Of a stretch of 64,000 nucleotides of DNA, positions 1 to 12,000 are shown piece after piece. Location of the stretch: positions 7,744,407-7,808,406 of the forward strand of contig OY970235.1 of assembly GCA_963714145.1 (NCBI GenBank), in the 5' to 3' direction. Source of the DNA: an uncultured Actinomycetota bacterium (lineage in GTDB: Bacteria > Actinomycetota > Actinomycetes > Mycobacteriales > CADCTP01). A program made the translations under genes and the position numbers. The notes below the pieces were generated by a model, which saw only the letters and a list, made by a program, of their open reading frames with translations, made no database searches and had not been told where the DNA came from. Each line of letters begins with the position of its first letter. The stretch's first letter is position 1.

Positions 1-3000
1 GACGCCAGCCGCAACCCGCTGTTCGACGTGCTCGTGCTGCTCCAGAATGCGCAGCCGGCACTGCCCGAGTTCGCCGGGCTGCGGGTAGCCGAGGTTGACG
101 TGCCGCGGCGGGCGGCCAATTTCGACATCAGCCTGGAGTTCCACCAGCGCACCGGGGCGGCCGGCGAGACGCTGGCCGGGCTGCTGGAGTACAACACCGA
201 CCTGTTCGACGCCGGCACGATCGAGCGGCTGATCAGCCACCTGACCGTCCTGCTGGACGCGATCGCGACCGAGCCGGGCCGCCCGCTGGCCAGCTTGCCC
301 TGGCTGTCCACAGTGGAACGCGAGCAGGTGCTGTCCGGCTGGAACGACACCCGCCGGGCGGTACCCGCCGGCACGATCGCCAGCCTGTTCGCCGAGCAGG
401 TGCGGCGGACCCCGGCGGCGACCGCGGTGGTCGCCCCGGACGGGACGCTGAGCTACGCCGAGGTGGACGCCCGGGCCAGCCGGCTCGCACACCGGCTGCA
501 CGCCCTCGGCGTCGGCCCGGACAGCCTGGTCTGCCTGCTGATGGAGCGGTCGGCCGATGTCGTCGTCGCGGAGCTCGCGGTGGCCAAGGCCGGCGGCGGG
601 TACGTGCCGCTCGACGTCCGGGCGCCGGCCTCCCGGCTGCGGCCACTGGTCGCCGAGACGGCCGGGCCGGTGCTGCTGACGGACCGGGCCTGGCTGCCCA
701 CCGCCGAGACCATCCACGATGGACACGTCCTGGTCGTCCGGGACGCGGCCGGCCCGGCCGCGATCCTGGACACGCTGCCGCCCGCGCTGCCCGAGGCCGG
801 GCCGGAGAACCTCGCGTACGTCATGTACACGTCCGGCTCGACCGGCTTGCCGAAGGGCGTCGCGATCCGGCAGCGGGACGTGGTCGCGCTGGCATTCGAC
901 CACCGGTTCCGGAACGGTGCGCACCAGCGGGTGCTGCTGCACTCGCCGCTGGCGTTCGACGCGTCCACCTACGAGCTCTGGGCCCCGCTGCTGTCCGGCG
1001 GGCAGGTGGTGATCGCACCGCCCGGCGACGTCGACGTCGACACTGTCCGGCGGGCGATCACCGAGCACGGCGTGACCGGGATGTGGCTCACCGCCGGGCT
1101 GTTCCGGCTGCTGGTCGGCGAGGACCCGGGCTGCCTGGCGGGCCTGCGCGAGGTCTGGACCGGCGGCGACGTGGTACCGGCCGCGGCCGTGCGCCGGCTG
1201 CAGGCCGCCTGTCCGGACGTCGTGGTGGTGGACGGCTACGGCCCGACCGAGGCCACCACGTTCGCCACCTCCTACCGGATGGCCGGGCTCGGCTCGGTGT
1301 CTGAGACGGTGCCGATCGGTGCCCCGCTGGACAACATGCAGGTGTTCGTCCTCGACAGTGCACAGTCACCGGTGCCGATCGGGGTGGCGGGTGAGCTGTA
1401 CATCGCCGGTGCCGGCCTGGCCCGCGGCTACCTGAACCGGCCTGGCCTGACCGCTGAGCGGTTCGTCGCCAACCCGTACGGTGCGCCCGGGGCGCGGATG
1501 TACCGCACCGGTGACGTGGTGCGCTGGCGTCCGGACGGCACCGTGGAGTTCGTCGGCCGGGCCGACGACCAGGTGAAGATCCGTGGCTTCCGGATCGAAC
1601 CCGGGGAGATCGAGGGCGTGCTGACCCGGCACCCGGACGTCGCCGAGGCGGTCGTCATCGCCCGCGCCGACGGCGGCCGCAAGCAGTTGGTGGCCTACCT
1701 GGTACCGGCCGCCGGGGCCGACCTGCCGTCCACATCGGACCTGCGGTCCTGGTTGAAGCGCAGCTTGCCGGACTACATGGTGCCGGCGGCGTTCGTCCCG
1801 CTGGCCGAGGTGCCGCTGACCGCCAACGCGAAGGTCGACCGGCGGGCGCTGCCGGCGCCGGATCCGAACGCCGACCCGGCCGGCCGGTATCTGGCGCCAC
1901 GCACGCCGGCCGAGCGCGAGCTGGCCGGCATCTGGTCGGACGTGCTCGGCGCCGACCGGGTCGGCATCGAGGACAACTTCTTCGAGCTCGGTGGCGACTC
2001 GATCCTGTCCATCCAGGTCGTCACCCGGGCCCGCCAGGCCGGCCTGCAGCTGACCTCGCGGGACGTGTTCCGGTACCAGACCGTCGCCGAGCTCGCCGCC
2101 CAGGCCGGCAGCGAGATCCGGCCGGCTGCCGGCCCGGGGTCGGTCGGGCCGGTGCCGGTTGGCGCCATCCAGCGCTGGTTCTTCGACTCCGACCCGCCCG
2201 ACCTGAACCACTTCTCCATGTCCACGCTGGTCGAGCTGGCGCCGGACGTCGACCCGGTCGCCCTGCGGTCCGCTGTGGACGCGGTTGTCGCGCACCACGA
2301 GGCCCTGCGCACCCGGTTCCAGCACACCGATGCCGGCTGGACCCAGCAGGTCAGCACCGAACCGCTGGCCGGCGTACTGGCCAGCCGCGACCTGTCCGAA
2401 CTGGACGGTCCGGCGCAGCAGGCGGCGATCGAGGCGGAGGCGCTGGCGGCGCAGACCAGCCTCGACATCACGGCCGGGCCGCTGGTCCGCGCGGTGCTGT
2501 TCACCCTCGGCGGCGGCCACCGGCCCCAGCTGTTCCTCACCGTGCACCACCTGGTGGTGGACGGCGTCTCCTGGCGGATCCTGCTCGGCGACCTGGAGAC
2601 CGCGTACCGGCAGGCGGTCGGCGGCCAGCCGATCACCCTGCCGCCGGTGGGGACCCCGGCGACCGAGTGGACGGCCCGGCTGATCGACCGGGTCGCCGCC
2701 GGCGAGCTGGCCGGTGAGCTGCCGTACTGGGCCAGCATGGTCGAGGGTGCCGCGGCCGACCTGCCAGTCGATCGGGCCGGCGCGAACACCGTTGGCTCGG
2801 CCCGGACCATCGCGGTCCGACTCGGCCCGGCGGACACGGACGCGTTGCTGCATCAGCTGCCGGGCCGGTTCCGCACCCAGGTGAACGACGTGCTGCTGAG
2901 CGCGCTCGGCGCGGCCGTGACGCGGTGGGCCGGCGTGAGCCGGGTGCTGGTCGAGCTGGAGGGCCACGGCCGCGAGGAGGAGGCGGTGGCCGGGGCCGAC

Positions 3001-6000
3001 CTGGCCCGCACCGTCGGCTGGTTCACCAGCCAGTTCCCGGTCGCGCTGACCGCGCCGGCCGGACGGAACTGGGGCGACGTGCTCAAGTCCACAAAGGAGC
3101 GGCTGGCGACGCTGCCGCACCGCGGCCTCGGCTATGCCGCGCTGCGTTACCTCGGCGGGCCCGCCTCGCCGGGCGCCGACCAGCCGGACCCGCAGCTCAG
3201 CTTCAACTACCACGGGCAGTGGGACCTCGCCGGTACCGGGCTCTACCGGGCCCGGTGCGCCACCCCGGGCCGGGATTTCGCGATCGCCGCCGAACGGGCC
3301 CACCTGCTCGACGTCACCGGCCTGGTCGAGAACGGCGAGCTCGAGCTGAGCTGGACCTACTCGACCGCGGTGCACGACGAGGCCACTGTTCGCCGGGTCG
3401 CCGGCGAGATGCTCGACGCCCTGCGCGAGATCGTGGCGTACTGCGCGCAGCCCGGCGTCGGCGGCCGGACGCCGTCGGACTTCCCGCTCGCCCGGCTGAC
3501 CCAGGCGCAGGTGGACTCGATCGTCGGCGACGGCCGGTCGGTGGCGGACGTGCACCCGCTGACCGCGCTGCAGGCCGGCATGCTGTTCCACAGCCTGGTC
3601 GACGAATCCTCGCAGGCGTACTTCGACCAGGCCCGGATCCGGCTGGCCGGCGTCACCGACCCGCGGGCGCTGGGCGAGGCCTGGCAGCGGGTGGTGGACC
3701 GGACGCCGGTGCTGCGCAGCAGCGTGGTCTGGGCCGGCGTGACCGAGCCGGTGCAGGTCATCCACCGCCGGGTGCCGTTGCCGGTGGCGTACCACGACTG
3801 GCGCGAGGTGTCCGATGTGGACGCTGCGGCGGCGAGGGTGGCCGAGGCCGAGCGCGTCGCCGGGCTGGACCTCACCAGGCCACCGTTGCTGCGGGTGGCG
3901 ATTGGCCACCTGCCGGCCGACGAGGTGCTGCTGATCTGGACGTTCCACCACGTCCTGCTGGACGGGTGGAGCCTGGGTCAGGTGTTCGCCGAGGTGTGTG
4001 AGCAGTACTCGGCGATCGTGGCCGGGCGGCGTCCGGAGTTGCCGCCGCGGCGGCCGTTCCGGGACTACCTGCAGTGGCTGCGTGACCAGGATCGGGCCGA
4101 GGCCGAGGCGTACTGGCGGGGCGTGCTGTCCGGTGTGGACGCCGCTACCCCGCTGCCGTACGACCGGCCGCCGGTCGAGGCACACCGGGCCGAGTCGGCC
4201 GGGTCGGTCCGCCGCACCCTCCCGGCCGAACGATCCACCGCCCTGCGCCGGCTGGTCAAGCGCAACGGGCTGACCCTGAACACGGTCGTGCAGGGTGCCT
4301 GGGCGGTGTTGCTGGCTGGTTATGGCGGTGTGGGTGAGGTGGTGTTCGGGTCGACGGTGTCGGGTCGGCCGGCTGAGTTGGCTGGGGTCGAGTCGATGGT
4401 GGGGATGTTCATCAATACGATCCCGACCCGGGTCCGGGTGGAGGGTTCCCGTGAGTTGGTGCCGTGGCTGCGGGAGTTGCAGGCGGCGCAGACCGAGGCG
4501 CGGCGGTTCGACTTCGTCTCGCTGCCGCAGTTGCAGTCCTGGGCCGACCTGCCCGCCGGCGCAAGCCTGTTCGACAGCATGGTGGTCTTCGAGAACTACC
4601 CGTTCGATGCCGCGCCGGCCGCCGAGGCCGGGCTGCGGATCCGCGAGGTGCAGGCGCAGGACACCACCAGCTACCCGCTCAGCCTCAGCGCGTACCTGGA
4701 CGACCGGCTGCACTTCGACCTCGCCTACGACCCGCGGCTGTTCGACGCCGCGACGGTCGAGCGCATGCTCGGCCATCTCGACCTGCTACTGGCCGGGATG
4801 GCCGAGGACCCGGACCGGACGCTGGCCGCGCTACCGCTGCTCACACCGGCCGAGCGGGAGCAGTTGCTGGTTGGCTGGAACCAGACCCGCCTGCCGGTGC
4901 CGGCCGGTTCCTACCCGGAGCTGTTCGAGGCGCAGGCGGCGGCGACTCCGGACACGACCGCGCTGGTCTGCGGCGGCGTGCGGTTGAGTTACCGGGAACT
5001 GAACACGCGGGCCAACCGGCTGGCCCGCTACCTGGTCGCCGTCGGGATCCGGCCGGAACAGATCGTCGCGCTCGCGCTGCCCCGCACTGCCGACATGATC
5101 GTGGCACTGCTGGCCGTGCTCAAGGCCGGCGCGGTGTACCTGCCGGTCGACCGCGGCCTGCCCGCCGACCGGATCGGCTACCTGCTCACCGACGCCGACC
5201 CCGCTCTCGTCCTGACCACCCGCGACAGCACGAACGTCCGGTCCGCAGTGGACGGCCGGCGGACCCGGATGCTGGACTGCCCGGACGCGGCAGCGGCGAT
5301 CTCCGGTTACGCCGGCACCGACCTGACGGACGTGGAGCGGGCCGGGCCGCTGACCCCGGGTAGCGCCGCGTACGTGATCTACACGTCCGGTTCGACCGGG
5401 CGGCCGAAGGGTGTCGTGGTTTCGCACGGCAACCTGGCCAACCTGTTCCACGCACACCGCACCGGCCTGCTGGCCGGGCCGCTGGACACGGCGATCGAGC
5501 GGTCCGGGCGGGCCCGGGTCGCGCTGACCGCGGTGTTCTCGTTCGACACGTCCTGGGAGGGCCCGCTGCTGATGGCGGCTGGGCACGAACTGCACCTGAT
5601 CGACGACGACACCCGCCTCGACCCGGCCGCCCTGGTCGACTACGTCGCCACCAACCGGATCGACTTCCTGGACCTGACACCCTCATACGCGCAGCAACTC
5701 GTCGCCGCCGGCCTGCTGACCGACCCGCGGCACCAGCCGGCCACGCTGATGCTCGGCGGCGAGGCAGTGGGCGGGGCGCTCTGGCGCGACCTCGCCACCA
5801 CCGAAGGCACGACCAGCCTGAACTTCTACGGCCCCACCGAGTGCACTGTGGACACCCTGTCCTACCCGGTCACCGCCGCGGACCCGCGGCCGCTGGTCGG
5901 CCGCCCACTCGGGAACGTGCAGGCGTACATCTTGGACGGTCGACTCGGGCCGGTCCCGGTCGGGGCGGCTGGCGAGCTGTACCTGGCCGGCGCCCAGGTG

Positions 6001-9000
6001 GCCCGCGGCTATCTCAACCGGCCCGGGCTGACCGCCGACCGGTTCGTCCCCGACCCGTACGGTGCGCCCGGCACCCGGATGTACCGCACCGGCGACCGCG
6101 CCCGCTGGACACCAGACGGCGCCATCGACTACCTCGGCCGCGCCGACGACCAGGTCAAAATCCGCGGCCACCGGATCGAACCCGCCGAGATCGAAACCGC
6201 ACTGCTGCAGCACCCAGCCGTGGCCGCTGCCGCGGTGATCGCCCGGCAGGACGGCGGACCCACCCGCCTGGTCGCCTACCTGGTGCTGGCGACCCCGGAA
6301 CTCCCACCCGACCTGCGCGGTTGGCTGAGCCGGACGCTGCCCGACTACATGCTGCCGGCCGCGTTCGTCCCGCTCGCCGCGCTGCCGCTGACCTCAGCCG
6401 GCAAGCTGGACCGCCGCGCGCTGCCCGCGCCGGACTTCGACCGGGCCAGCGGCGCCGACTTCGCCGCCCCGCGGACACCGGCCGAGCGGGAACTGGCCCA
6501 GATCTGGGCCGATGTGCTCGGCCTGACCAGGGTCGGCCGGCATGACAGCTTCTTCGAACTCGGCGGCGACTCGATCCTGTCGATCCAGGTGGCCTCCCGG
6601 GCCCGGACCGCGCTCGGCGTGGACATCTCGCCGCGCGCGTTGTTCACCACGCCGACGATCGCCGGCCTCGCCGCCGGCCTGCCCACCGGTACGGGCCCGG
6701 AGCTGACCGGCATCCCGGTTCACCCGCGGGACGGCGCGCTGCCGCTCTCGTTCGCCCAGCAGCGGCTCTGGTTCCTGCACGAGTTCGAGCCGGACAGCAC
6801 CGAATACATCACCCCGACCGCGCTCCGCCTCCACGGCACGCTCGACCAGGCGGCGCTGCGCACCGCGTTCAACCAGCTCGCGGAGCGGCACGAGTCGCTG
6901 CGTACCACCTTCGACTCAACCGACGGCAGCCCGAGCCAGGTCGTCCACCCACCGTCCGAAGTAGACCTCCCGGTGCTCGACCTGACCGGCTGCCCGGCCG
7001 CCGAGCGGGACGCCCGACTGCAGGACGCGCTGGCCGAGGAGAGCGGGCGACCGTTCGATCTACAGCGCGGGCCGTTGCTGCGGGTGCGGTTGATCCGGCT
7101 GGCTGCCGACGATCACGCGCTGGCCATCACCATGCACCACATCATTACCGACGGCTGGTCGGCCGGTGTGCTGCTGACCGACCTCGCTGCCCTGTACGCC
7201 GCCGCGCTCGGTGCAGAGCCGGCCGGCCGGCCCGAGCTGCCCGTCCAGTTCGCCGACTTCGCCGCCTGGCAGCGGGCCCGGCACACCAGCTCCACAGTGG
7301 ACAGCCAGCTCGACTACTGGCGCACCCAGCTCGCCGGAGCACCGCCGCTCGACCTGCCCACCGACCGGCCACGCCCGACGGTACGGACCAGGAACGGCGC
7401 CACCATCGAGTTCGAACTGCCGGTGGAGACCACCGCGGCGCTGAAGAAGCTGGGCCAGCACCATGACGCGACGCTGTTCATGACGCTGGCCGCCGCCTAC
7501 CAGGTCCTGCTCAGCCGGTGGACCGGGCAGGCCGACATCAGCGTCGGTACGGTCACCGCCGGCCGTGACCACCCCGACCTGGAACACCTGATCGGCTTCT
7601 TCGTCAAGACGCTGGTACTGCGCAGCACGGTGGTCCCGGACAGCACGTTCACCGAATTCCTGGCCGACCTGAAGCGCACCGCGGTGGACGCCTTCGAGCA
7701 CGCCGACATCCCGTTCGAGCGGCTGGTGGACGAGCTGCAGCCCACCCGCGACACCAGCCGGACCCCGCTGTTCCAGACCATGATCGCGCTGCACAACACT
7801 CCGGTCGGGGTGGCCGAGCTGCCCGGCCTGGAGCTGACCGAGATCGAACCGCCGGCCGGGACCGCGGCGTTCGACCTCGGGGTGGACTTCCAGGAGCGGG
7901 ACGGTGTGCTGGCCGGCTCGATGAACTACAACACCGACCTGTTCGACGCGTCGACCGTGCACCGGATGGTCGGGCAACTGCTGGTGCTGCTGGACGGCAT
8001 CGCCGCCGATCCGGCCCGGCCGGTGGCCGACCTGCCGGTGCTGTCCGAGGCGGAACACCGGCAGGTGCTCCAGGAGTGGAACGGGACCGACCTGCCGGCG
8101 GTGGTCGATTCCTTCGTCGAGCTGTTCGAGGCCCAGGCCGCGCGTACGCCCGACCACACCGCCGTGGTCGCCGGGGGCGAGCAGCGCAGCTACGCCGAGC
8201 TGAACGCTGAGGCGAACCGGCTGGCCCGGCTGCTGATCCAGCAGGGTGCCGGCCCGGAGCGGATCGTCGCGCTCGCGCTGCCCCGGACGACCACCGTGAT
8301 CGCCGCACTGCTGGCCGTACTGAAGGCCGGCGCGGTGTACCTGCCGGTCGAGCGGGAGCTGCCGCCGGACCGGATCGGCTACCTGTTCGACGACGCCTCC
8401 CCCGCCCTGGTCGTCACCACCCGCGACAGCGTCAACGTCCACAGTGGAGCCCAGAGTGCCGGCAGCCGGCTGCTGGTACTGGACGATCCGGACGTTGCGG
8501 CCGCCGCCGCGATGCAGCCGGCGGTCGACCTGACCGACGCCGAGCGCGGCTGGCCGATCCGGCCGGACAGTTCCGCGTACGTGATCTACACGTCCGGCTC
8601 GACCGGGCGGCCGAAGGGCGTCCTCATCCCGCACCGCGGCCTGGTCAGCCTGGCCCGCGGCCAGCAGAGCTGGCTGCAGCCACTGGTTGCCCACCTGGGC
8701 CGGCTGCGGTTCGCGCAGACCGCGGTGTTCTCGTTCGACACGTCCTGGGAGGGCCCGCTGCTGATGGCGGCCGGGCACGAGCTGCACCTGATCGACGAGG
8801 AGACGCGGCTGGACGCGCCCGCGCTGGTCGACTACATCGCCGAACGCCGGATCGACGCGCTGGACCTGACACCGACGCACATCCAGCATCTACTCGCCAA
8901 CGGCCTGCTCACCGACGTGCGGCACCGACCGGGACTGCTGATGGCCGGCGGCGAGCCGGTCAGCGAGGCGCTCTGGCAGGAGCTCAGCGCCGTCGACGGC

Positions 9001-12000
9001 ACCCTGAGTGTCAACGTCTACGGCCCGACCGAGTGCACTGTGGACGCCACCGCGCACCCGATCAGCCCGGGCAGCCGGCCGGCGATCGGCCGCCCGTTGC
9101 CGAACCTGCGGACGTACGTGCTGGACGAGCGACTGCACCCGGTGCCGGTCGGCATCCCCGGCGAGCTGCACCTGGCCGGCCCGCAACTGGCCCGCGGCTA
9201 CCTGAACCGCCCCGGTCTCACCGGCGAGCGGTTCATCGCCAACCCGTATGGGCGGCCCGGCAGCCGGATGTACCGCACCGGTGACCGGGTCCGGTGGACC
9301 GCCGACGGTGTGCTGGAGCACCTGGGGCGGACCGATCAGCAGGTCAAGATCCGCGGCTTCCGGATCGAGCCGGGCGAGATCGAGTCGGCCCTGCTGGCGC
9401 ACCCGGCCGTCGTGGCCGCCGCGGTGGTCGCATGGGAGAACGAGGCCGGCCACCGGCAGCTCGTGGCCTACCTGGTGCCGGCTCCGGACGCGACGCTGCT
9501 TGGCCCGGCCGAGCTCCGGCCGTGGCTGAAGCGCACGCTGCCGGAGTACATGGTGCCCGCCGGCTACGTCACGCTGGACGCGCTGCCGCTGACGTCGAGC
9601 GGGAAGCTGGACCGGCGCGCGCTGCCGGCACCGGTGTTCGAGGCCACCGGCGATGGTGGCTACGTGCCGCCACGGTCGCCGGTCGAGCAGGAACTGGCCC
9701 GGGTCTGGGCCGGCGTGCTCGGTGCCGCCCGGGTCGGCATCGAGGACAACTTCTTCGAGCTCGGCGGCGACTCGATCCTGTCCATCCAGGTGGTCGCGCG
9801 GGCCCGGCAGGCTGGCCTGCGGCTGTCCGCAAAGGACATCTTCCTCTACCAGACCATCGCCGAGCTTGCCGCCAGCGTCGCGCTGGTGGACGAGCCGACC
9901 GGGGCGGCCCAGCCGGTGATCGAGGGTCCGGCCCCGCTCGGCCCGATCCAGCAGTGGTTCCTGGAGACCGAGACCGGCACGCCGAACCACTTCACCATGT
10001 CGATGCTGGTGGACCTGGCCCCGGACACGGACACCGAGACGCTGCGGTCCGCCGTGGACGCGGTGATCGCGCAGCACAGCGCGTTCCGGCTCCGGTTCCG
10101 GGACATCGACGGCCGCTGGCAGCAGGAGCTCACCCCGCCGCTGGCCGCCGGCGGCGTCCAGGTGGTCGATCTGTCCGAACTGGACGGTGCCGCGCAGCAG
10201 GCGGCGATCGAAGCGGAAGCGCTGGCGGCGCAGACCGGCCTCGACATCGCCGCCGGGCCGATGCATGCCGCCCGGCTGTTCCTGCTCGGCGCCGGTCGCC
10301 GGCCGCGGCTGTTCCTGACCGTGCACCACCTGGTGATCGACGGCGTCTCCTGGCGGATCCTGTTCGAGGACATCGAGACCGCGTACCAGCAGCTGCGGTC
10401 CGGTCAACCGGTCGCACTCGGCCCGGTCGGCACCGGCTACCTGGAGTGGACCACCCGGCTGGCCGAGCACGTCCACTCCGGACAGTTGGACGCCGACCTC
10501 GCGTACTGGGCGCAGCGCTCGGCCGGCGCCGGCGACGCGCTGCCGGTGGACCGGGTCGGCACGAACACCGTCGGTTCCAGCGAGACGATCACCGTTCGGC
10601 TCGGTGCCGAGGAGACGGACGCGCTGCTGCACCAGGTGCCTGGCGTGTTCCGGACCCAGGTGAACGACGTGCTGCTGAGCGCGCTAGGCGCGGCGGTCGC
10701 TACCTGGACCGGTCGCGACCGGGTGCTGGTCGCGCTGGAGGGACACGGCCGGGAGGAGATCCTGGCCGGCGTCGACCTGTCCCGCACGGTCGGTTGGTTC
10801 ACCGCCGAGTTCCCGGTCGCGCTGACGATGCCGGCCGGCGCGGTGCCGACCGGCGCGGTACCGGCCGGCGACTGGGGTGCCGTGCTCAAGTCGGTCAAGG
10901 AGCAGTTGCGGGCGGTGCCGCATCGCGGGCTCAGCTACGGCGCGCTGCGCTACCTGAGCGGGCCGGACTCACCGGCCAGCGTGTTGCGCGCCGACCCGAT
11001 GCCGCAGATCAGCCTGAACTACCACGGCCAGTGGGGCGTCGGTGGCGCCGCGACCGGCCTGTTCCAGGGCGGCGGCGCCGGCGTCGGCCAGGACGCCGCG
11101 CCCGGCAGCCCCCGCAGCTACCTGCTGGAAATCACCGGCGCGGTCGAGAACGGCGAGCTGGAGCTGGGCTGGACCTATTCGACCGCGGTGCACGACGAGG
11201 CGACCGTCCGCCGGCTGGCCCAGTCCGTGCTGGTCGCGCTGCGGGAGATCGTGGCCTACTGCGCCCGGCCGGAAGCCGGTGGCCGCACGCCGTCGGACTT
11301 CCCGCTGGCCGGGTTGACCCAGTCGCAGGTGGACACCGTGGTCGGCGACGGCCGGTCGGTGGAGGACGTCTACCCGCTGACCGCGCTGCAGGCCGGCATG
11401 CTGTTCCACAGCCTGGTCGACGGCCGGAGCGCCTACTTCGACCAGCTGCGGATACGGCTCGGCGGCATCACCGACCCACAGGCGCTGGGCGCCGCCTGGC
11501 AGCGGGTGGTGGACCGGACGCCGGTGCTGCGCAGCAGCGTGTGCTGGGACGGTGTCCCCGAGCCGCTGCAGGTCGTGCACCGCCGGGTCGGCCTGCCGGT
11601 CGAGCACCATGACTGGCGCGCACTGTCCGATCAGGACGCGGAGCGGGCGATCGAGCGGGCGCTGGCCGCGGACCATGCGGCCGGGGTGGACCTGACCGCC
11701 GCGCCGCTGCTCCGGGTCATGATCGGCCGGCTGTCCGACGACGAGGTGCTGCTGGTCTGGACCGCACACCACATCCTGCTGGACGGTTGGAGCCTGGGTC
11801 AGGTGTTCGCCGAGGTGTGCGAGCAGTACTCGGCGATCGTGGCCGGGCGGCGTCCGGAGTTGACGCCGCGGCGGCCGTTCCGGGACTACCTGCAGTGGCT
11901 GCACGACCAGGACCCGGCCGGCGCCGAGGCCCACTGGCGGGCCGTGCTGTCCGGTGTGGACGCCGCCACCCCGCTGCCGTACGACCGGCCGCCGGTCGAG

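Noticed and set aside
307-317. oriC or DnaA-box cluster interpretation of the TCCACA motifs
   Set aside because: Copies are dispersed inside genes rather than clustered in an AT-rich intergenic region, and dnaA/dnaN are absent.
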